Assembly: GCA_051294375.1 (NCBI GenBank)
Contig: CM119269.1
Location: forward strand, 12,990,790 to 13,054,789
Source: Paraspadella gotoi
Taxonomy: Eukaryota > Animalia > Chaetognatha
Length of the DNA: 64,000 bases
Reading direction: 5' to 3'
A program made the translations under genes and the position numbers. The notes below the pieces were generated by a model that saw only the letters and a list, made by a program, of their open reading frames with translations, had not been told where the DNA came from and ran no database searches. Below, piece after piece: positions 1 through 11,600 of this stretch. The first letter of the stretch is position 1. The number at the start of each line of letters is the position of its first letter.

Positions 1-3000
1 AGTTATCTCAGAAAAGTGCAGAGTTCAAGAAGTACAAGGTTCTCTCCCTTTACCTACATTAGCCTCTACTTTTCACCCAATTGCAGATCTGGGGTACGCG
101 ATAGCGATCCCAGGATGCAGGCGCTAAGAAAGTCATTGGCGGAGACGGAAGGAGGTAAGGTCAGCGCCGCCGATCAGGCCGCGCGGGACGACGTCGCGAG
201 ACAGATGGAGGAACTGAGAAAGTAAGTATCGCTTAGAGAGATTGATAATGATCGCTTCGTCTCAACCGCTCATTGGTTGGTTTCTTTAAACCAATCAGAA
301 TGGGCGTCCGCGATAGCGATCCACGAATGCAGCAATTGCTGAAAGAGGACGAGCGATTGGCTGATAAGATGTTGGAAGAAGCGAAAAAAGTAAGTCGTTT
401 TTGACGTTGAATAATGAATATCTCTTTTTTCAACTTGAAATCGGTACAGTTTCCAGTTTTTTAAGTGATTGTGTTAAACGAATTAAAACTAGTTTGAGCA
501 AACAATGCCGGATCTGCCCACGATCATTAGCGTGCAGCTGATCACACAAGGTCTTAATAATTTATTAATTAATATATTAAATAATTAATTAATAAATTAA
601 ATAATTAATTAATTAATATTAATTTTTTTATTCTCGTTCAAATCTTTTTTCCACTTTGCCTCGACCACAAAACAACAATATCGATTACAAAATTATAAAT
701 TATAAAAATAATAAATTAATTAATTACAAAATAATTAATTAATGACTAATTTATTAATAATCTACGGACGGACGGACAACATTTTATTTTGCATAATTTA
801 TCATAATTCGATATTCTAAGATGATGTAAGTAACTTACCAACAAGATTTGGCGGTGGGACCGACGGACCGAAAAGGTGGATTATAGACCGGAATCTGCTG
901 TAAGCAGATCCGGCTAAATTATACCTGAGATTCTAACACGCATATCGCTCTTCCATGCCTCTAAAGCAATAAATCTTACGTGAAGGTAAAATCGTGATAA
1001 GTTGAAAATACCATATTCATAAGTCTAGAAAGATTACATACAGAAATTCTAAAAGTCAATTATGAACAACATACGCATCAGGTGAAACATTTAATGTTGT
1101 AAAAAAAAATTAATTTTGTTTTAATTTTCGCATAGCCTATATTTATATATAGTACTATCCTTATAAAATCGAAAAATTTCAAAATGGGTTTCTTAATTTT
1201 TGATTGCAGATGTGAATTCCTCGTCAAAGTTGATTTAGAAGAAAATATAAATCATTTTAAAAATTCTTTCACTTAAAGTGAGTTAAAAATTTAAAAAAAC
1301 TATTATTTTAATATATAAAAAATTAATTTCAGCTTTAAAAATAGCTTTTTCTAATTTTTGACCCACTTAATGAAGAATTTTTCAAAAAGAGTATATGTCT
1401 TTTTATCAAACTTTTTTATGACAAATCCAAATCTGCCTAAAAAATTTAGAAAAAACTGTTTTGAAATTTTAACATTTATGGTTTAGTACTATGTATTAAA
1501 ATATGGCTCTACTGCGCATACAAATTGTTAAAATTTATTATAAATTTTTTTTAGCATAAAATGTTCTATACAGTATAGGTGTTCGTCCTCACTTTTGAAT
1601 TTTAATTTAAAGTTAATAACTTTAGGAATTTTACTACGCCGTTAATATTCCATGATATGAATTAAATTAAGTAGTAAAACTCATGATAAGATCATCAAAA
1701 TTTTATATTCTGCTTTTTAGGCCTTAGTATTCTCCGAACCTTGATCAGTCATGTTCATGTCATTTGTCATCTTCAGACGGGACTCCGCGACGAAGATTCA
1801 AGCAATGAAAGATCTTCGAGTCGCCGTCGGGGAGAAAGCACGAACGTCAGGCCAAGCTTGACAAGGAGTTGGAATGAGAGAGAGATAGAGAGAGACAGAG
1901 AGAGAGAGGAGAGAGAGAGAGACAAGAGAAGAAGAGAGAGGAGAAGAGGAGTAGAGAAGAGAGAGGAGAGAGGGTCATGAGGAAAGGGATGAGAGATAGA
2001 GGGAGAGAGATGAAGCTGTAGGAGACGGTAGTATAGAGAGAGAGAGAAACCATGATGACAAAATGGATCAAATTAGCCTTTCTGTCTTTTTCTTTCTTCT
2101 CTTTATTTCTCTCCTCTCTTTTTTTTTCTCGCCACCAGGAGGCGCGCGCCCGCGGGGACGAGGCGGCCGTCAAGCGTCTCCTCGAGGAGAGCGGCCGCGG
2201 CGATGAGGCGATGACGCGACGAACCTCCGACATCAAACGCAGCGTCGCCGGCGCAGCAGACACGGCAGCGCTGGTTACCAAAACCTCGGCGCAGCTGGAA
2301 AAGGAATTGAAGTACGATGAAGCCATTGATTTAATTTTTAAATCATTTATTTTATTTGTTTATTTATTTATTAATTTATTTATATTTCGAATGCGACACC
2401 TTTTCTGGCGTTTAAGCTTACCACTTCCCTCTTTCAACTTTCCGCTTCCTCGTATCTCGCTTCCCATTTTTCAATCCCCTCACTTCCCCCCTTACCCAAT
2501 CCCCCAAATCCGTTTCCTCTTCCCCCGAATCCCCTCACTTCCCCTAACCAATCCCCCAAATCCGTCCCCCTTCCCCCGAATCCCCTCACTTCTCCCCTTA
2601 CCCAATCCCCCAAATCCATCCCCCCTTCCCCCGAATCCCTTCACTTTCCCCTTTACCCAATCCCCCAAATCCGTCCCCCCTTCCCCTGAATCCCCTCACT
2701 TCCCCCCTTACCCAATTCCGCCCCCTTCCCCTGAATCCCCTCACTTCCCCCTTACCCAATCCCCAAAATCGTCCCCCTTCCCCAAATCCCCTCACTTCTC
2801 CCCTACCGAATCCCCCAAATCCATCCCCCCTCCCCCAATCCCCTCACTTCCCCCCTTACCCAATTCCCCAAATCCGTCCCCCCTTCCCTCGAATCCCCTC
2901 ACTTCCCCCCTTACCCAATGCCCAAATCCATCCCCCTTCTCCCGAATCCCCACTTCCCCCCTTACCCAATTCCCCAAATCCGTCCCCCCGAATCCCCTCA

Positions 3001-3647
3001 CTTCCCCTAACCCAATCCCCCAAATCCATCCCCCCTTCCCCCGAATCCCCTCACTTCCCCCCTTTACCCAATCCCTCAAATCCGTCTCCCGTTCCCCCGA
3101 ATCCCCTCAATTCCCCCTTACCCAATCCCCCCTTCCCGAACCCTCCTCACTTCCCCGCTTCCCTTCCAGAGACCTCGGTCTCTCCGACGCGGAGATTCAA
3201 CGTCGTCTCGAGGAGAATCGAGAAAGAAGATCACAAGCGGAGGCGGACATGAGGGCGGCGAAGAAGGCGGGATCGATTCAGGTCCAACGTTTTACTCTAA
3301 TCTTTAACAACGACTGATTGTAATGAAATTATAATTTCACTAAACCGTTTCTTTAATCTCAAACACAACGAAACGAAAGAAAAATGAACAATGTCTACTA
3401 TTAACCTCTATATTTCCAGCCAGAACCCCAGAGTGTGTCAAAATATTTTGAAAATATATTAGCTCAAGATGAGTGTAAATTGAGATATTAAAACTAGATT
3501 ATGAACGAAAATCCTAGAAAGTGCGAATAAAAAAAATGACTGACCGACCATGGTTTGTTCAGATGGAAGACGCGTTGGCCAAGGGCGCGGCGGCGGGGAT
3601 GGACGACTCGAAGGCAGCGGCGGAGGTCTCCAAGGATTTGGCCAGGT

Positions 3648-3724
<77 letters not shown>

Positions 3725-4368
3725 GTGACACGTAAAGAAGCGAACTATATTTTTCCTACTCAGATTTTGAAAAAGTACGGAGACGTCTCCAAGGATCAGA
3801 TCGAGTTGATTCAAACTCTCTACTTCTCTCGAACCAAAACCGTCAAGCATTTGTTGGACGATCTCAAGAAGAAGGGAAAGAGTTCTGACGAAATCCTCGG
3901 TAAATATGGAGAAGACGATTGCTGAAGATATTAGAACAAGATCGGTTCATCCAATGTGTTGCAGGGAAAGTGACTTTATTTCTCGTGACATGACATGACT
4001 ACAATAACTTTCTTAACCTGTGTGTATTTATGACACGCACTGCATTGGAATTTTGTCTTTTATTCTTTATAGTTTTAGAATTTCCTGAAGGCGGCGCGAG
4101 CAGTCCTTTAGATTTTTTTCATATGTGCATTTTTAACGTAATTGGGACAGACCGACAGACCGACCGAAAAGTGACTTATAGAGTTGCTCCGCGAATACTC
4201 GCGGCGCAACTAAGAAGAAATCATTCCACGCGGTCATTGAGAGAGTGAGAGAGAGTTTTCAACAAAAGACAGTTGAAGGTAACGTCAGGTGAAATTGAGT
4301 GAGAGAGAAAAAAGAAATGAAACATTCATAACAGGCTCGAGGTCTTCAGCCTTCTAACTCTCGGTTTG

Positions 4369-4427
<59 letters not shown>

Positions 4428-5612
4428 GCAGGCCCAGCCGAAGACGTTTATCAGGCTCAACAAGAGAGAGACACAAATCTCAAGATGGCCGTCCGAACCG
4501 TCAATCGTGGAGACGATCAGATCTTCGAGGTGGTCGACTCCTACAAGTCGGTTGGTTTGGAGGAAATCCGAGAGAGAGAGAGTAGAAGAGAGAGGAGAGA
4601 AGAGAGATATGAGAGAAGAGAGAGAGATAGAGAGAGAGAGAATGCCGACGTTAATCACGACCAAAAAAGGTTTGACGAATTCCGACGGAGAGCTGGCGAC
4701 GGCCGAGAGCGGCCAGCTGCCGACGGCAAAGAACAAGGGAGAGGAAAAGTTGAAGAATATCATGAAGAAGACGACGACGTCGGCGGCGACGAGCTATTGG
4801 AAGGGCGCCGACAAGGGCGGACTCAAGGACGAGAAGTATCTGGATAGAATCGTCGCGGATCTGCCCTACAAGGACGCCGAGGCGAAAAAGGGTGGGAAGA
4901 TTTGCTTTTTAAAACGCACGTAGAATCGATGGAATAGTGAAATTAAACTTAAAATTTTATTTAAATTTAAATTTAGACAATACAATTTTTGTTAAATTAA
5001 ATTAGGTTAAGTTTGATCAAATTTAAACAAGACGAAATGAGATGATTTTTGTTAAGTTAAATTAGGTTAAGTTTGATCAAATTTAAACAAGACTGAACGA
5101 GATGATTTTTGATAAATTAAATTAAGTTAAATAAAATTTACACCCAATGAAATAAGATGCTTTTTGTTTAATTAAATCAATGATTAATTTAATTTAAGTC
5201 TTAATGATATGATTTCTATTTTTTGCAGACGTGAAGGAGGCGACGAACATGGACAACATCACGTGTCTCTTCGAAGCGATCAAAGAATTCAGGAGTCGCG
5301 GTCTCGAGGTGACGATAAAATTGGTCGCCCGGTTCTTTTTCTTGTCACTTTACGTATAGAAATGAATGAAAGAAAACGAGACAGAACTCCGCGGTTGATT
5401 CTTCCTGAAATACTCCCAGACTGTTAGTTATAAATCTGTACATCTTAGTGAGTTATTAATGTTTAATAAAATTTAACTAAATTTATCAGGATAAATTTAG
5501 GTACGAAACGAACTTAATTATTGATGAATAATTGTTGATAATTGTTGATAATTATTGATGAATAACAAATATCTTGCTCTTCAAGGCAGTTTGTAGAACG
5601 TGTCCCAATTTT

Positions 5613-5693
<81 letters not shown>

Positions 5694-8600
5694 CTTCTCT
5701 TCTTCTCTCTCTCTTCCCCACAAGGACGAGAGCCTCATCCTCGACGCAGAGATGAAGCTCATCCTCCTCGTCGCCTACAAACATAAGAAGTTGCCCTACA
5801 ACAAGCGAGAGCTCGAGGGTCACTTCAGGCGCCTGCACAAGAACGCCCTCATCGGGTTCACGGCGCCCGGGGACGCCACCGCCGACGCCAAGTCCGCCCT
5901 CGAGAGCGCCAAAGCTGCCAAGGCGGCGGCGACGAAGGACATTCAGGCGAAGATCGGAAACGCGGCGTCGCTTTCAATGGACGACCTGGAAAAGGTTGAA
6001 AGGGGGCGTGGCGGATGATTAGTAGAGTTATCCGAATTTGTAAAGCTATTGCGTTTTAAAATTATTCGGAGAATTACACAATGTCGAAGAATAGTTAAAA
6101 TTATTTCGTTAATTATTTAACGAGGCAAACCTTACCGACCCTCTAACGGGTCGATTGGCGAAAAAGCAAATTAGCATTGTTTCATTTACATTAGTTTTCT
6201 TTTGGATTATGATAATTAAAATTGATAATTATAGAAGTTTAAAAATAACAATAAAAAGTAATGAAACTTAAATGCTTTGAGGATATTTTCGGCCGTGCGC
6301 TCGTTATCATTAACTCGTTTCCTCTTTTAACTAGTCGTGTTAATATATTTTATAATAATATGAGTAATCGTTATTCCATTTCACGCCTTTATTCATGGAA
6401 TCCTCCAGGTCATCGAATCGTTCCACATGGAAGGCCTCAGCGCCGGCTCTGACGGAGACCTCTACAAAGCAGAGAAGGAGCTCCTGCAAAAGACCATCAA
6501 AACAGATCCTAATAAACTGAGGAAGAACCTCAGACTCGTCTCCTTCAACGGACTCAAGGTGAGTCATTGCTCTTTTGTTGATCCCGGTTCCATTCGTTTG
6601 AATGGGTTCATCGCTGCGTAGATGGCGCTGCCAGAATTGGATCAGAGCTACCCGGAAATCAACGAGGAGATGAAGGAGAAGGAGAGGTTGAAGGCCGAAT
6701 GCATCAAGGAGCTTCAGCGGGGAATTAAAGAAAAAAACTTGGACGTCCTGCAGGTCACTGCTGCTGCGGCTCCTGCAGATATTTGTCACGGTCATGTAGA
6801 GTTTGCCGTGTCGATTGCAGTGCAATCATCATTTGAGCAAGAAACTCGGTCTCGAAGAGAGCACGGATCCAATCGGCAACGCCAATAAAATGATTTTCGA
6901 GCTGCTGAACGGAGACGCCAAGGGCAAAGGTAGATCGAGGAAAATTTATGTTGTTGTTGTTGTTGTTGTTGATTCAATCCGATCGTCACAATACTCTACT
7001 ATTCAAATACATTACAAATTTCTAAGGGGGCGGGGACATGGATTTGTCGCGTTTCAGCAAAATGAGCATCGGAAGTTTGGAGCAATTGTTGGAATCGTTT
7101 AAGAAAAATGGTTTGGGAGACGATCACCCCGCAGTGAAGGTTCGTCCATTTTCGATTGACTTTTGTTTTTGGAGAACTATTGTTTTGTTATTACTTGCGA
7201 CAGGCGGCGAGAAAAGCTTTGGAAGATCAACGTCGCGCCAAAGAAGAAGCGAAAAAGGAACTGGAAAGAGCTATTGCATCGGGGGTATGAAAGAAAGAAA
7301 GAAAGAAAGAAATAAAGAAATAAAGAAAAAGAAAGAAAAAGAGAAAGACAAATAAAGTAAAATATTAAAACAGAACTGAGCACAAAAAGAATGTTATCCC
7401 CCCAACGCTTGCAAGGATGTCGACGCAATCAAAAAAGCGATGGACAAGCTGAAGACGACGGGCGGCTTGGACGACAACGAGACCAACATGTTGCTCGACG
7501 GGATGAAGACGTTGGAGAAGAATGTCAAAGAGGAGAGCAAAAGATCTCTGAGCGAGGGCATCGACAAGGCTGGAGCATGTCAGTGCTTTCCCGTTAATGC
7601 ACTTAAGCCTTAATTTAATCGATCCCTTACTTTGAAAAAAATTGAATCGTTTCTCTTTTGTGTGTTTATGTTTTAACTTCGTTATTATCTCTCATTTTAT
7701 ATTTCATTCAAAAGAAAAAAACCAAAGTCAGGTGCTATGGTGGACTAAAATCCACCAACCGTTCATCAGCGGCCATTGGTGCCGGAGGCAAGTCGTTCGC
7801 CTCCCGCCCCGGGGGTCCGGGGTTCTAGCCCGGTGGTCGTCTGGCAGTTTGAGAGGGACGGGGCGCTTGACCCGCCTGTGGCATGGTGTTGCGGCCTGGT
7901 CCGAGGCTCGGGACTGCTTATATTGAACGGTTCTGTCACTATAACTGTGAGAGAGTCTTGATTGAAAGCTTGCAGGGACCTGCTATGACATTATCTTGTA
8001 AGAGTGATGGAGGCGTTAAACCACCAAAGCCTGTCCAAAGTCAGGGGCAAGATAGCTTATTTATTAAATGAATGGATAATTTTTATATTGGTTGTACCAA
8101 TTTCATAAAATTTCAGCTCCTTGTATTTTGATGCTAGTGCGGAGTACAATAAGTATTCCCCGATCTAATACTTAAGGAGTGGTCTTTTTATACAATTGAA
8201 ACATTCTTTGAAATATTTTCCACTTCATTGATAGGGAAGCCAGGTACTCTGGGAGTGAATAAACGAGACTGTGAGAGAGTCTTGATTGAAAGCTTGCAGG
8301 GACCTGCTATGACATTATCTTGTAAGAGTGATGGAGGCCTTAAACCACCAAAGCCTGTCCAAAGTCAGGGCAAGATAGCTTATTTATTAAATGAATGGAT
8401 AATTTTTATATTGGTTGTACCAATTTCATAAAATTCAGCTCCTTGTATTTTGATGCTAGTGCGGAGTACAATAAGTATTCCCGATCTAATACTTAAGGGA
8501 GTGGTCTTTTCATACAATTGAAACATTCTTTGAAATATTTTCCACTTCATTGATAGGGAAGCCAGGTACTCTGGGAGTGAATAAACGAGACTGTGAGAGA

Positions 8601-11600
8601 GTCTTGATTGAAGCTTGCAGGGACCTGCTATGACATTATCTTGTAAGAGTGATGGAGGCCTTAAACCACCAAAGCCTGTCCAAAGTCAGGGGCAAGATAG
8701 CTTATTTATTAAATGAATGGATAATTTTTATATTGGTTGTACCAATTTCATAAAATTCAGCTCCTTGTATTTTGATGCTAGTGCGAGTACAATAAGTATT
8801 CCCCGATCTAATACTTAAGGGAGTGGTCTTTTCATACAATTGAAACATTCTTTGAAATATTTTCCACTTCATTGATAGGGAAGCCAGGTACTCTGGGAGT
8901 GAATAAACGAGACTGTGAGAGAGTCTTGATTGAAAGCTTGCAGGGACCTGCTATGACATTATCTTGTAAGAGTGATGGAGGCCTTAAACCACCAAAGCCT
9001 GTCCAAAGTCAGGGGCAAGATAGCTTATTTATTAAATGAATGGATAATTTTTATATTGGTTGTACCAATTTCAATAATAATAATTACTGTCTCTTCATTG
9101 GTGAGCCCGACTTCCGAACACAACAGCAACAACAAAACTCTCAGGCGACATGCCTCAACCTGGCGATGCACTTTCCGCCCACAACACATCAGGCGACATG
9201 CCTCAACTTGGTGACGAACTTTCCACAACAACAACAATTCACTGAAGAGACGCAACAGACTTCTCCCTACGGAGGGGGGGATGTATGGTGGACTAAAATC
9301 CACAACCCGTCATCAGCGGCCATTGGTGCCGGAGGCAAGTCGTTCGCCTCCCGGCCCGGGGGTCCGGGGTTCTAACCCGGTGGTCGTCTGGCAGTTGAGA
9401 GGGACGGGGCGCTTGACCTGCCTGTGGCATGGTGTTGCGGCCTGGTCCGAGGCTCGGGACTGCTTATATTGAACGGTTCTGTCACTATAACATAATAATA
9501 ATTACTGTCTCTTCAGTGCCGTATTTTTTGCATAACAAAAGTGAATCATTAAATAAAATAATAATGATAATTTTATTTTTAGATGATGATGATGATGATC
9601 CAGAATTAAAAGCTGTTATGAAAAAACGTTTAATAACACTCACGTTAAAAAATATCGAGAAAATTTTTAAACAAAGAAACAAAATCCTGAAATATAATCA
9701 CTTATTGATGCCCCACTTTGATCTCCTTTACAGCCGCTGGCAAAAAAGCCGTGGATGACCTGGAGAAATTCGGGCTCGACAAAGACGGGGAGGTTTTGAA
9801 GAGCGGCGGAGAGGCGGTCAAGGGGCAGCAGTCGAAGGAAGACGCGGCGCGGAAGCGGCTGGAAGATGCGCTGAGGAAGGGAAACGACAGGGAGATACTA
9901 GAGGCTTTGAAGGTCCGACTTATGTATTCCCGTGTAAAGTGTAAAGTATTCGGTACACAAAAACTAAGTACGATCATATTTTATCGGTATTCACTTCCAG
10001 GCTGCACGAGGTGTGCTTCCCGACGATGATCCGCTCATGAAGAGGGCCGAGCAGCACCTCGTCCAGGCGGCTCTCAAGGATGACAAGCTCATGAACGACG
10101 TTAGTTCATATTATAATTATTAACAAGAAGTTTCTATTGGTACAACCAATAAAAATTATCCATTCATTTAATAAATAAGCTATCTTGCCCCTGACTTTGG
10201 ACAGGCTTTGTGGTTTAAGGCCTCCATCACTCTTACAAGATAATATGACATAGCAGGTCCCTGCAAGTTTCAATCAAGACTTTTTCACAGCTCGTTTATT
10301 CACCTCCAGAGTACCTGGCTTCCCTATCAATGAAGTGGAAAATATTTCAAAGAATTTCAATTGTATAAAGAACCACTAACCTAAAACTAACACCTAGACC
10401 ATTAACACCTAAAAAATATATTAATGTATTAAGTGAAAATTCTCTCTTTCCTCTCTCTCGTCTTCTCTACATCTCTCTCTTTCTCTTCTCTCTCTCTCTC
10501 TTCTTCATCTTCTCTCTCCTCAGCTGAAAAACGTGATCGGACGCCAAGCTATGGAGGAGGCTATCGCGGATATGGAAAAGTCGGGGGCGGACCCGGCAAC
10601 GATCGCAAAGGCCAAAGCCAATTTGGCCGATATGGAGTCACGTGACGCCAAGCTTAAGAAGGAATTGGAGGTGAAGCGTGCCGGTCGACTTCGACAGCGC
10701 CGTTGACCTTTTTTATTTAAAAATTGTAAATCTGAAACGGAATTGTGAGCAATTGAAACATTTTTTGTTTTTTTTTATCTTTTGTTTTTGACGACAGGCG
10801 GCGCTCGAGTCGGGCGACCCGAAGAGAATACAGGCGGCGCTGGAGAAAGCCAAGGCCGCGGGCCTGATGAACGACGATCCGGCCCTGATTCAGAAGGCGG
10901 AACACTTTCTTCTCAGGCGCGTTGAGTGAAACTTAGCCTTTACTTACCTTTAGTTTGGGTTCTAAATCCAAATACTAAATTAGGATGAGCTATGTATTAA
11001 TTTATTTACCTCCAAGTGCATCCGTAATCCGTATTACAGGGCGGACCCCAAGGCCGCTAAGGAGAATCTGAAGAAATCCTCCGTGGAGGCGGCGGAGGGA
11101 TACATGACAGGCAAACCTGGCGCGACGAAGGAAGTGGCCGCGCTCAAGGAGAGAGATGAAATGCTGAAGAAGAAGTTGGAACAGGCTTTGGCCTCGGGTG
11201 CGAAGCGCTGTGTTGGCACACATTTCTATGAATTATTTTCTATAATTTTACTCTTAATTTTAAAAATTTATATTGATATCAGGGAGAGAGTCGCTGATCC
11301 GTCAAGCCTTGCTCGAGTGTAAAGAGGCCGGACTCACGGACAAAGACTTGGGCGGACTCATGACAAAGGCTGAGAAGCAACTCGTGAAAGGTCCGCACAA
11401 CAAATCGGACAAGGTCATGGCCACCTTCGAACTTATGTCCGAAGACGCGCTGGCGAAAAAAATCCAAGAGTTGAAGGAATCGGGTAATTTTGGGTTTCTT
11501 GTCGTGACACGAACTTAATAGTTAATAAGACGCTTTTTGGTCTTACTATTCATAGATTTATTTTTTTTTTAAATAAATTTAAAAATAAAAAGGAATTCCG

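Larger units (their letters stand above)
7946..9073 (+). mobile_element. Family A retrozyme-like concatemer: 3.5 head-to-tail copies of a ~322-bp non-coding unit, one twister per unit
   Basis: Near-identical units with predicted cleavage sites spaced 324/321/323 nt; dispersed copies at 10136-10376, 58520-58820 and ~37330-37391. Confidence 0.85.

Noticed and set aside
2052-3317. 421-aa proline-rich ORF
   Set aside because: Read-through of two real exons and an intronic minisatellite.
3459-5838. ERER/SLSL ORFs
   Set aside because: Translations of intronic GA/CT microsatellites.
7755-7775. CUGAUGA on the minus strand of family B as a hammerhead
   Set aside because: No GAAA core follows the stem II partner.
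7769-7840. Functional tRNA gene
   Set aside because: The D and anticodon arms do not pair properly, the T loop is non-canonical, and the segment is embedded in a repeat.
7946-9073. CRISPR array or coding repeat
   Set aside because: The units are near-identical with no unique spacers, the context is eukaryotic, and the short ORFs are broken by indels between copies.
9050-9100. Hammerhead on the minus strand (AUGAAGA..GAAA-UUGGU-ACA-ACCAAUA)
   Set aside because: The core lacks CUGA, stem I does not pair, and the motif spans the junction of two different elements.
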